Source: a virus
Virus record (IMG/VR): IMGVR_UViG_3300045988_123324
Coordinates: 54,950-118,949 of that record
Length of the DNA stretch: 64,000 nucleotides
Direction: 5' to 3' (one strand)
Positions 37,920 to 45,744 of the stretch are shown in pieces (position 1 is the first letter of the stretch; each line of letters opens with the position of its first letter). A program made the position numbers and the translations under genes. The notes beneath the pieces were generated by a model that searched no databases, was not told the DNA's origin, and saw nothing but the letters and a program-made list of their open reading frames with translations.

Positions 37920-38230
37920 ATTTCCATTGGTTGACAGGTCACAAATATAAGCTAAAAAAGCTATTATATCGTGCAGTGATTGAAAACAGTTATGGGGCGA
38001 ACTATTATAGAATAACAGCATTTGGCTACTATGTATGTAGCTGTGGAAAAGCAAAGATAGAGCCACTAAACATAACTGATATGTCAATGGACGAAAAGAG
38101 ATTTGAAGACAAAGTGAACTATCTTCGCTCACTTGGATACGTAGACGATATGGAATTTTATGGGTGGTTAGCAAATGAAGCATCCGACGAACAAAAGACA
38201 GAGGATACTAATACAGAAGAGAAAGAATAG
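37916..38230 (+). CDS. hypothetical protein with an acidic tail
   Basis: ATGA overlap with the upstream stop. Confidence 0.45.
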   Translation: MNFHWLTGHKYKLKKLLYRAVIENSYGANYYRITAFGYYVCSCGKAKIEPLNITDMSMDEKRFEDKVNYLRSLGYVDDMEFYGWLANEASDEQKTEDTNTEEKE

Positions 38231-38420
38231 AATTTTATTTAATAGAATACGTGGATATAGGTATGTAGTACCTATATGGTATAAAAATGGTGTCCCAAAG
38301 CGGTACTATTTTCAGTCAAAATACTGGAAAAACCAAGCCAACAGATACATTCGGCGCAAGAAATTAAGTAAAATCAAGCAATATAAAAAAGAATACCCAT
38401 ATATATGGAAGATATGGTAA
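38175..38420 (+). CDS. highly basic K/R/Y/W-rich protein (81 aa)
   Basis: ORF overlapping the upstream gene by 56 nt, followed by a hairpin at 38419-38455. Whether it is coding is uncertain. Confidence 0.35.
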   Translation: MKHPTNKRQRILIQKRKNRILFNRIRGYRYVVPIWYKNGVPKRYYFQSKYWKNQANRYIRRKKLSKIKQYKKEYPYIWKIW

Positions 38421-38455
38421 TAAGGCAACAGAACAACAGGTTGCCTTATTGCTTT
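38419..38455 (+). terminator. hairpin terminator (weak U-tract)
   Basis: AATAAGGCAAC...GTTGCCTTATT. Confidence 0.45.
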
Positions 38456-38465
38456 ACAGCAAATA

Positions 38466-38494
38466 TTGACATTTATCTTTAACCATGATATAAT
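38466..38494 (+). promoter_or_regulatory. sigma-A promoter with extended -10
   Basis: TTGACA, 17-nt spacer, TGaTATAAT. Confidence 0.6.
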
Positions 38495-38530
38495 AGTAAT
38501 ATAATACTTATAGAAAGGTGGAGATAATTT

Positions 38531-39220
38531 ATGCTAATGGAAGAAGATCTTTTAGCACTATCAACATTAGTGAGCAAGCTACAGATTGAGGGTTATGACG
38601 TAGCAACACTAAAGGAGATACTCAAGAAAGAGCGCAAGAAGCTCAATGAGAGACAGGCAGAGGACTTAAAGTTATACTTCCCAATCAAGTCTAACGTAGG
38701 TGTCCGTGTTTCAGAGATTGAGTATGGCTATCGCAATCTACGTCTCAATGTACTTATTGAACTTGAGCGTGAGACAGGTGTCTTTGACATCAACAGCAAG
38801 CCAGAGCTATTTGAGAGCATCATCCGCAACACACTAATGCAGTGTGCGAGAAACATCAAGGCAGAATACATTAAGGAAGTAGCAAAGCTAACTGCTGGCA
38901 CTACACCTCCTGCAAGTTCTACCAAGACAGCGAGTGCATCTAATCCAATCGTACTAACAATAGGTTCTAACTCACTACAAGTTGAGACAGGTACTATTGA
39001 CACAGCAGTAGCATGGCAGATCAAGAAGATTGAAGATCATAGCGGCGTAAGCCTAGATGGTACACATAGTGCAACAACGGCAACAGCAAGCGCACCAATC
39101 AAAGTAACACTTTGGGACGGCGTAAGCACAGGCACAGAAGTAACACTAGAAGCAGTAAGCGGCAACTGGGACGGCAGCTCAATCAGCGGGGCGAGTGTGG
39201 CAATCACTGGTGGCGTTTAA
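38531..39220 (+). CDS. hypothetical protein with a T/S/A/G-rich C-terminal half
   Basis: AAGGTGGAG RBS. Size is 229 aa. Confidence 0.5.
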   Translation: MLMEEDLLALSTLVSKLQIEGYDVATLKEILKKERKKLNERQAEDLKLYFPIKSNVGVRVSEIEYGYRNLRLNVLIELERETGVFDINSKPELFESIIRNTLMQCARNIKAEYIKEVAKLTAGTTPPASSTKTASASNPIVLTIGSNSLQVETGTIDTAVAWQIKKIEDHSGVSLDGTHSATTATASAPIKVTLWDGVSTGTEVTLEAVSGNWDGSSISGASVAITGGV

Positions 39221-39279
39221 CAAGTATTCATGGAGGGGGCAGGAATGTCCTCTCTTTTTAATATAGAAGGAGGAATAAG

Positions 39280-39666
39280 ATGTATATAAAACAAACAGCA
39301 GAAATGCTAGGAGTAGAACTCAATGAATATTTTGAAGTATATGACGAAGCAAACACACTAAAGGGACAATACTGCTTTGATGAAATAGGTTTCCCAGACA
39401 GTCATATACTACTAAACATACTCAATGGAACATATACAATGAAGAAGAAAAAGTTCAAGCCTAAAAACGGGCAAGAATATTTCTTCTTCGCGCCAGACGG
39501 GAACTTTTCGGGGGGAATAAACAAAAAAGAATGGAATGATTCCCTCATAGATCTAGAACATTATTACACAGGTAATATATATAGATCAAAAGAAGAAGCA
39601 AAAAGATATAAAGATGAACTAATGAATAAACTAAGAGAAGAATACACAGGAGAAGAAAGAGACTAA
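39280..39666 (+). CDS. hypothetical protein (128 aa)
   Basis: AAGGAGGA RBS. A terminator follows. Confidence 0.5.
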   Translation: MYIKQTAEMLGVELNEYFEVYDEANTLKGQYCFDEIGFPDSHILLNILNGTYTMKKKKFKPKNGQEYFFFAPDGNFSGGINKKEWNDSLIDLEHYYTGNIYRSKEEAKRYKDELMNKLREEYTGEERD

Positions 39667-39683
39667 AACAGTCTCTTTTTTTA
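39658..39683 (+). terminator. intrinsic terminator ending the plus-strand module
   Basis: AGAGAC-TAAAACA-GTCTCT followed by TTTTTTT. Confidence 0.65.
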
Positions 39684-39685
39684 TT

Positions 39686-40008
39686 ACAGATAAAAGTAAA
39701 ATACAAAAATTCAAAAAATTATAGAAAGCCTACCAAAACAATTAGAATGTCATTAACAGTAAAAAGTTTTTCTCAAACTTGAAAAAATTATAGTGAGTGG
39801 ATATTACTGCTAAGAACACAGCAAAATATTTAATGGTATTGACAGCAAAAGTCAGTTTTCAGATCTCAAAAAATTAGAGAGAGTGGATGGTTTAGACGTG
39901 TCAACACAGTAAAAAGTTTTTTTCTAAATACCAAAAAATTATAGAGAGTATATTAAAGGTATATACAGATAAAACTCTTTTTCAAATTTTCAAAAAATTA
40001 TAGAGAGC
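39686..40008 (+). repeat. five direct copies of a roughly 45-bp AT-rich repeat
   Basis: ACAG(A/T)AAAAG-T-rich-CAAAAAATTATAGAGAG units start at 39686, 39756, 39842, 39906 and 39965. Confidence 0.8.
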
Positions 40009-40190
40009 CTAGAGATACCCCACAGCCGACCCAAACTTGAATCCTACCCCCTCCTCCTTCATGTATGGAGAGCGCACCGGCTGCGTTCATGATTGACGCA
40101 AGAGCTGCTGCGTTCGTGAATGAGAAAAGCTGCGGCTGATTCGTTTTGTCTGACAATTTATCTATGGGCGGGCAGGGAATTTTCAGACAA

Positions 40191-40220
40191 TAAAAAAGAG
40201 AACGGATTTTCTCCGTCCTC
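40191..40220 (-). terminator. intrinsic terminator
   Basis: Minus strand GAGGACGGA-GAAAA-UCCGUUCUC followed by UUUUUU. Confidence 0.6.
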
Positions 40221-40230
40221 TAATTGAGAA

Positions 40231-40497
40231 TCAGACTTCTTCACCAATCCTTTTGAGAATGGTTATCACAGTCGCATCGGTGAAGTCTCGACGAAAAATC
40301 CGAACATATGAACTCTCAGCCGCCCGCTCGATATCGTCGAACATATCGCCGACAGAATAAATCTCGTCGTTAGCATAGGCGCGAAGCGACGTGCCGTCAT
40401 CCGTCGTGCCGATCTGGTAGGTGTCCACGTAATCCAGCCCTACCACGCGCACGATAGCACCATCAAAAACAGCCGCCTTGATCTCTGCAAGTGTCAT
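40231..40497 (-). CDS. hypothetical protein (GC-rich island)
   Basis: 88-aa ORF whose GC content is far above its surroundings. Confidence 0.5.
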   Translation of the reverse strand: MTLAEIKAAVFDGAIVRVVGLDYVDTYQIGTTDDGTSLRAYANDEIYSVGDMFDDIERAAESSYVRIFRRDFTDATVITILKRIGEEV

Positions 40498-40589
40498 TAT
40501 AAACCCATCCTAAAATAGCCATAAATTGCCCTAGAATCGTTCTAACGCCGCCGCCTATAGGAATGTATAGGCGGCAACGCTAAACCCGA

Positions 40590-41090
40590 TCAAACGACAA
40601 GATAAGTAATGCGGTGGTGACTTGTCATCCCGTGGCTAGGATGATGCACCTTGAGACCAATCCCAAACCGCCCGCGATAAGCCTCGCGGTATCCCGTCCC
40701 CTTGCGTGACACGTAACCACGCGCAAGCGCGGAATGATGCACAGTCAGCCCGTTATCGCCTGCCATGTCATGTAGCATTGCGACAAGCACCTTGCGGCAC
40801 TCGTCAACGTCCTCGCACGCCTCACGCATGATCTTAATGTACTCGTTGAGACGTTCCGTCGGATACGATGTCCCATGCGGGCGGTATCCGCATGAGATAA
40901 CCAACCCATAGGGCGCACCGTCGATCTGGTCGAAACTGTAATAGTCACAGTTCCAACCATACACGCCCGCGCTATAGGCATAAGGCGTGACCTTGCAAAG
41001 TCGCTCCACCTCCTGCATCGCGCAATACGGCAAAGAGATGAGATGTGCCGCGCTTTCGCGGATTGATTTCTGTGTGACCTGTACTTTCAT
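40590..41090 (-). CDS. hypothetical protein (GC-rich island)
   Basis: 166-aa ORF with a GGAGGAAG RBS. Contains SAGVYGWNCDYY, and no family was assigned. Confidence 0.5.
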   Translation of the reverse strand: MKVQVTQKSIRESAAHLISLPYCAMQEVERLCKVTPYAYSAGVYGWNCDYYSFDQIDGAPYGLVISCGYRPHGTSYPTERLNEYIKIMREACEDVDECRKVLVAMLHDMAGDNGLTVHHSALARGYVSRKGTGYREAYRGRFGIGLKVHHPSHGMTSHHRITYLVV

Positions 41091-41149
41091 TTCAATCTTC
41101 CTCCTTGTGTTTCATGTGAAACATTAAAACTAGATTAGAAACGGCTGCG

Positions 41150-41509
41150 TTAACTGTTGGAATACCGCATGTCGCGGCAAAATGCCAACACGCGCTGGAT
41201 GTGTTGGAACAGGTGATGATCGCGGAACTCACGCTCTCCTGTCTTGCGCCCGCCTTGATCGCGCACATAGATATACTCTACGATTGCGCCCGTCTCGTTG
41301 CAACGGGCAAACGTCGCGCCGTCTACTGGTGATACGTCGTAGACGTAGGCACGCGTGCCGTCGGCGCGGGCAAAGTCAACGTCGATGTATTCCGCGCCGA
41401 AATTATCGACATAGTGACGTGCTGTCATGTGGAGACCGCACGCCTCGAAAGAGACTTTCGTCATCGATGCCGTGGGACGCCCGAAAGCGTCGTTACCCAT
41501 CATTCCCAT
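41150..41509 (-). CDS. hypothetical protein (GC-rich island)
   Basis: AAGGAGGA RBS. Size is 119 aa. Confidence 0.5.
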   Translation of the reverse strand: MGMMGNDAFGRPTASMTKVSFEACGLHMTARHYVDNFGAEYIDVDFARADGTRAYVYDVSPVDGATFARCNETGAIVEYIYVRDQGGRKTGEREFRDHHLFQHIQRVLAFCRDMRYSNS

Positions 41510-41916
41510 GGTAATTCCTCCTTCCCCTCATAGAGGGGACTAGTGTTGATCGGGCTTATCGCCCCTTGCGATATACGTATTATATCACAGCTTAACAGTA
41601 TAATGCAATAGGCAATTTGAGATTTTTTGAAAACCTGTAAAGCCTTCTGGTACGTCCCGATATATCCGTAATGACACGTTTTCGATTTTTCCTATATAAT
41701 GGTAGGTTTTTGTTCAATTTTTGCACTCAAAAACGCTGGATCCCTTATGGCTGTAGGGCTGCTGGCTTTAGCGATAGCGGATAAAAAAGAAGGGGAAAAT
41801 TACAGTAAAAAGGGAAGAAAAATCGTAGAAAAACCCCTTGCAATCTCCATACGTCCCATGCTATAATAGGCGTAGCCGATCAACAGAGACAGCCCGACAC
41901 GGGCAGGAGGTACACC

Positions 41917-42126
41917 ATGTATGATTTTCTGATTATCAATGGCGGTATGATGATTGCCAAGGTCAATGGCATGTGGCTACACAACGGCGCGGCGGTTGAC
42001 CCCCGCGCAATCATCCGTGACCTTGCGTCAAGGCAGGACGAGGTAGGGATTATCGCCTACAGAGCCGACGGTATCGCCGATGCCTACGACTACGTAGGAG
42101 GTCGGCACTATACTGATAGGAGGTGA
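41917..42126 (+). CDS. hypothetical protein (GC-rich island)
   Basis: AGGAGG RBS. A TTGCAA-N18-TATAAT promoter lies upstream at about 41838-41867. Confidence 0.5.
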   Translation: MYDFLIINGGMMIAKVNGMWLHNGAAVDPRAIIRDLASRQDEVGIIAYRADGIADAYDYVGGRHYTDRR

Positions 42127-42131
42127 TTAGC

Positions 42132-42383
42132 ATGACGTATCACATCCACGTTAATAGCCGCGACGCGGCGTGGCACATCGCCGATAATCTCACGCCTTGT
42201 GACTACCTGCTGGTAGACACGGCGGCGGGATATCCCGTCTACGAGACAACAGACGGGGGCGGCGCATGGATTAGTGACCTAGGGACGCGCTTAGAGGTCA
42301 CACACGCGGCAACAGGTGACAGCCACATCGTGTGGATTGACCGCACGACACGGCGTGACTACATCCGCGACGATGATTATTGA
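42132..42383 (+). CDS. hypothetical protein (GC-rich island)
   Basis: AGGAGGTG RBS before ATG 42132. Confidence 0.5.
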   Translation: MTYHIHVNSRDAAWHIADNLTPCDYLLVDTAAGYPVYETTDGGGAWISDLGTRLEVTHAATGDSHIVWIDRTTRRDYIRDDDY

Positions 42384-42395
42384 TCTCAACTACAG

Positions 42396-42420
42396 CCCCT
42401 CTTCGGAGGGGTTTTCTTTT
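42396..42420 (+). terminator. intrinsic terminator with UUCG loop
   Basis: CCCCTC-TTCG-GAGGGG followed by TTTTCTTTT. Confidence 0.7.
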
Positions 42421-42489
42421 GCGCTGCTATTGAGAATGATTCTCTTTCTTGTTGTAACCGATCTGGTTACAGCGATAGCGGAAAAATAG

Positions 42490-42765
42490 AAAAACTGAAA
42501 TTTTTCTGAAATAAAGAAAAATCAGAAAATTCCCTGATAGTCTGAATCTCAAAAATTTTCAGAATAATCTATATATAGTAGAATAGTCATACAATAAGAA
42601 TAGTCCGAAAACTCAGTTACCTAAATAGTCTGAAAATGTGAATCGTCTGATAATAAGAATCGTCACGCAATTCCAATTATCTGATTATTCAGTTATCTGA
42701 AAATTCTGTTATCTGAATCGTCTGAAAATTCCATTAGTTAGTAGAGCGAATAGTCTGAATACTCT
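42490..42765 (+). repeat. about 11 direct copies of GAAT(A/C)GTCTGAA-like iterons
   Basis: Examples: ATAGTCTGAATC, AATAGTCCGAAAA, ATAGTCTGAAAAT, AATCGTCTGATAA, GTTATCTGAAAAT, AATCGTCTGAAAAT, AATAGTCTGAATA. Confidence 0.75.
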
Positions 42766-42775
42766 CTGTATATAT

Positions 42776-42886
42776 AATTGTTATATAATTGTTAGTGGGG
42801 TCTTGATGGGGTCTGTAGCCGCCCTATATAATTGTTTACCTATTCTAGTGGGGTTTATATAATTGTTACGTAAAATCAGTGGGGAA
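42776..42886 (+). repeat. bipartite motif AATTGTTA-N(0-10)-GTGGGG(TC), cluster A (4 copies)
   Basis: AATTGTT(A/T) at 42776, 42787, 42830 and 42861. GTGGGG at 42795, 42849 and 42879, plus GATGGGGTC at 42805. Confidence 0.75.
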
Positions 42887-43082
42887 TGGTTTTGTAACCA
42901 AGCTAAGTTTACATTTAACCACTAAAAGCACTCTACCATAAATGAAAATCGATAAAACCCCCCCTATAGGGATACAACCCCTAAAAATTAGGTGCTCATC
43001 CATAAATGCCATTTATGGTAATTCTGCCTTTTCCAAGAATTAAACTCATTATAGTTTACATTAAACCGCCTTAAACAGGTAG

Positions 43083-43117
43083 TTATCCACTGTTTTCTGT
43101 TGATAACCTGTTGATAA
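43083..43117. promoter_or_regulatory. three DnaA-box-like 9-mers
   Basis: TTATCCACT (43083-43091, plus strand). TTATCAACA twice on the minus strand (43098-43106 and 43109-43117). The consensus is TTATNCACA. Confidence 0.5.
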
Positions 43118-43229
43118 CTACTGTTTCTGCAAAAATTTGCCTAGGTTTTGCCAAAGAAATTTGCCAAGTGACGCTATTTTTTGCTAATTCACCAATGACA
43201 ATAAAACTTGTCATTTCTACTGTCTACTA

Positions 43230-43700
43230 TATGCTATTATCTCTACTATATCTTATTTATCTATATTCTATTACTAATCTTTTTTCTTTCTTTGTTTTCT
43301 CCCCCGATGGGTTCTTCTCTTTCTGTATCTACTGGTTCTTTTCTCTCTTTTATTTTTCCCCCGACTTTTTCCCTATTTCTTTTCTCTATGTCTAATCTTT
43401 TCTTCCTTCTCTTTTCTCCCATGAACGGGTTCTTTTCTCTCTCTCTTTTATCTTTTCCCGCCGTGAAAGTGTTATTCTCTCTTCCTCTTTTCTCCCCCGA
43501 AACCTATTTTCTTTCTTCCCCTCCTATGTGCTATTATCTTTTCTCTTCCCTCTATGTTTTATTTCCTCCTATGACTTTCCCCTGCTGTGATCTCTGCTAT
43601 CTTTCCTTATATGGCTGTCTCTTTCTCTCCTATCTTCCCCCGACGGGTTCTTTGTTCATTGTAGCTTTTCCGCTGTGATCTCTCTTTCCCCCGATCTGCC
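43230..43700 (+). repeat. about 470-bp polypyrimidine (plus-strand) tract with a recurring TCCCCCGA(N)GGGTTCT motif
   Basis: Motif copies: TTTCTCCCCCGATGGGTTCTT, TTTTCCCCCGAC, CTCCCATGAACGGGTTCTT, TTCTCCCCCGAAAC, CTTCCCCCGACGGGTTCTT, TTTCCCCCGATC. Confidence 0.75.
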
Positions 43701-43804
43701 TTTTCACCGCCCTAGGGGTTCTGTTACACTCTGTTAGGCTCTATGTGTCCAATTCTATGGTTAATGTCATACCGTGATACCTACGTCCTATTTTTCTTGC
43801 CAAT

Positions 43805-43975
43805 TCATTTTTTGAATACGCCCTTCCTAGGAAAATCTTTCTTATGCCTGTTTTGAATCCGCCCTCCTTTTTGAAATCGCCCCTTCCCTTGAATCCGCCG
43901 CATATATTAAATGAATCACCCCCCTACACCTTTTAGAATAGCCCCTCTATGCCCTTAAAATACCCCTAGAATCGC
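43805..43975 (+). repeat. six to seven copies of TTTTGAAT(N)CGCCC(C)TTCC-like iterons spaced about 18-23 bp apart
   Basis: GAATACGCCC, GAATCCGCCC, GAAATCGCCCC, GAATCCGCCG, GAATCACCCCCC, GAATAGCCCC, GAATCGC. Confidence 0.7.
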
Positions 43976-44056
43976 TTTTAATGCCCTGCCTATACCTAGT
44001 ATACCCCTTGCGTTTTTAGACGCTTAAAAGGGCTATCTTTTGATAGCCACTCGTTG

Positions 44057-45139
44057 TTAAACTTTGCACCTTGTCAATACCGTTTGCTTTGTTCCATTGT
44101 ACTCTCTGAACTCCTTTACCGTCCCTTTTAGCGTGATCTCTGTTTCTGCATCCAGTTCTTCAAGTGCTTCCCTAGGTGTCGTTTTCCATACATAACAGAT
44201 TCCGTTAGCATCCGCGAACTGATAGAAAACGCTCGTCCCGTATTGTGTAGCAAAAGCTGTTTTTCTTTTCAGTGTTACGCTAACTTCTACCTTGTCACCG
44301 ATGTTTATGTTAGCGAATTTATCTGTGTAGGAAATGCTGTTTGCTAGGTGTTTTGCGTATGCGCTAGGAATAAACGCTATATATCCTAACTCCTTATCGC
44401 TTGCATATCCGTCCTTCAAGATTGATGTGACATTGTTCCAAAATGCATTATCCTCATCGTTCTTGCTAATCCACCAAGCAATCATGTCCTCAACGATCTC
44501 TTTGTTGTTCTCGTACTTGCTTGCCTCCTTCCAATAGATTCTTGCACACTCTGTTTTTGTGGAATCCTTCTTGTACTCCGCAGCATCCGATGTGGAGATG
44601 TAGCCCTTCTCCTTAATCACGCTGTGTGCTATCGTCAAGAAATTCTTAACGTCGTAGTAGTTCTTTCCAAGCATCGGGATGAAGTCTTGATAGTCATATC
44701 TTGATACTTCATCAACTTCATCCATCCACTTCATCATCTTGTTAAGGTCTGTTTCCACATTGTTCAGATAATCCTTGACACAAGCCATCCCGATCTGCAC
44801 AATCTCTCCCGTGGAGATGTTTTTTAGTATTAAGAACTTCTTTCTGTTTCTTTCCTTCCCACAATGGTCACAGTGGGACGTGTGCTCCCAGTACTCTTTT
44901 GGGACTTCATCAACCCCGCCGCCGTTGATTGTCACATGGTTTAACTTGATCTGCTTTACTGCCAAGACTTCATAACCACCAACAAGCGGCTTGTCTCCTT
45001 CAACAGTGAAGGTAACAATCGGGAACTTCCCTTCATACAGGCTTTTGGAAACAACATTGATAACAATGTTATCGCCGTACTTCTCTGCCTTTTTGGTAAA
45101 GGCTTCAAACATTTCTACAGGAAGTGTATAGGTGCTCAT
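44057..45139 (-). CDS. hypothetical protein (360 aa) with a Cys cluster HCDHCGKERNRKKF
   Basis: AAGGAG RBS before MSTYTLPVEMF. It has its own promoter. Confidence 0.55.
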   Translation of the reverse strand: MSTYTLPVEMFEAFTKKAEKYGDNIVINVVSKSLYEGKFPIVTFTVEGDKPLVGGYEVLAVKQIKLNHVTINGGGVDEVPKEYWEHTSHCDHCGKERNRKKFLILKNISTGEIVQIGMACVKDYLNNVETDLNKMMKWMDEVDEVSRYDYQDFIPMLGKNYYDVKNFLTIAHSVIKEKGYISTSDAAEYKKDSTKTECARIYWKEASKYENNKEIVEDMIAWWISKNDEDNAFWNNVTSILKDGYASDKELGYIAFIPSAYAKHLANSISYTDKFANINIGDKVEVSVTLKRKTAFATQYGTSVFYQFADANGICYVWKTTPREALEELDAETEITLKGTVKEFREYNGTKQTVLTRCKV

Positions 45140-45179
45140 AATCTTTTCTCCTTGAATAGTTTTCCCTATCGACAAGTAT

Positions 45180-45208
45180 AATATAACACATGATTTATTG
45201 CGTGTCAA
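45180..45208 (-). promoter_or_regulatory. early-type sigma-A promoter
   Basis: Minus strand TTGACA, 17-nt spacer, TATATT, followed by TATACTTGTCGA. Confidence 0.6.
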
Positions 45209-45218
45209 TACTTTTTAT

Positions 45219-45249
45219 AAAAAAAAACACCGCCCTGTTACAGGCGGTA
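45219..45249 (-). terminator. intrinsic terminator
   Basis: ACCGCC...GGCGGT hairpin followed by a U9 run. Confidence 0.65.
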
Positions 45250-45255
45250 TCTTTA

Positions 45256-45621
45256 TCACTCCATGAATCGTGCTACGTGCTTAAAATCCTCCTCGTCAAG
45301 ATTCGTCATACTTCTCTTTTTCCCTGTCATGAGATTTATTATGTGGAAGTCTCCATCATTGTTCACAGCGTCCCACAAACAGACATATCTTTTGTGTTCC
45401 TCCTTTATATTCTCAATAAGGATGCCCTTCTCTTGCGTAAATGTAACATCTCCAATAGAGAAGATATGTGCCTTTGCAGCCTTCTCAACGATCTCCTCTT
45501 TCGTGAAGGAGAGTGCCGCGCGGACGTAGCATCCTTTGTACTCCCCGTAAGGTGCAAAGTCGATCTCAATAGCCTTGCTTGCGTCCAGCAGCTCTGCGAC
45601 TTTGTTCATGTTGATGTTCAT
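45256..45621 (-). CDS. hypothetical protein (121 aa)
   Basis: AAGGAG RBS. It has its own promoter and terminator. Confidence 0.5.
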   Translation of the reverse strand: MNINMNKVAELLDASKAIEIDFAPYGEYKGCYVRAALSFTKEEIVEKAAKAHIFSIGDVTFTQEKGILIENIKEEHKRYVCLWDAVNNDGDFHIINLMTGKKRSMTNLDEEDFKHVARFME

Positions 45622-45664
45622 AATATTTTCTCCTTTTCTTCTAGGTGATCTCTTAACTGTTTAC

Positions 45665-45693
45665 ATTATACTTCATTACTGGTTATGTGTCAA
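45665..45693 (-). promoter_or_regulatory. early-type sigma-A promoter
   Basis: Minus strand TTGACA, 17-nt spacer, TATAAT. Confidence 0.6.
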
Positions 45694-45703
45694 TAGGTTT
45701 TTG

Positions 45704-45735
45704 AAAAAAAATAGGGAAGTTTTTATGCTTCCCTA
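45704..45735 (-). terminator. intrinsic terminator
   Basis: TAGGGAAG...CTTCCCTA hairpin followed by a U8 run. Confidence 0.65.
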
Positions 45736-45744
45736 TCGTCTCTG

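Noticed and set aside
39686-40008. The 45-bp repeat array considered as a CRISPR array.
   Set aside because: The repeats are degenerate and AT-rich, with a conserved core of only about 17 nt. Spacers vary from 14 to 41 bp. There is no leader or cas gene in the window.
43111-43678. Track ORFs of 94 and 156 aa on the plus strand of the polypyrimidine tract.
   Set aside because: They start at non-ATG codons and have no RBS or promoter. The products are F/L/S/P low-complexity strings that simply mirror the C/T-rich DNA repeats. The region is better explained as non-coding repeat DNA.
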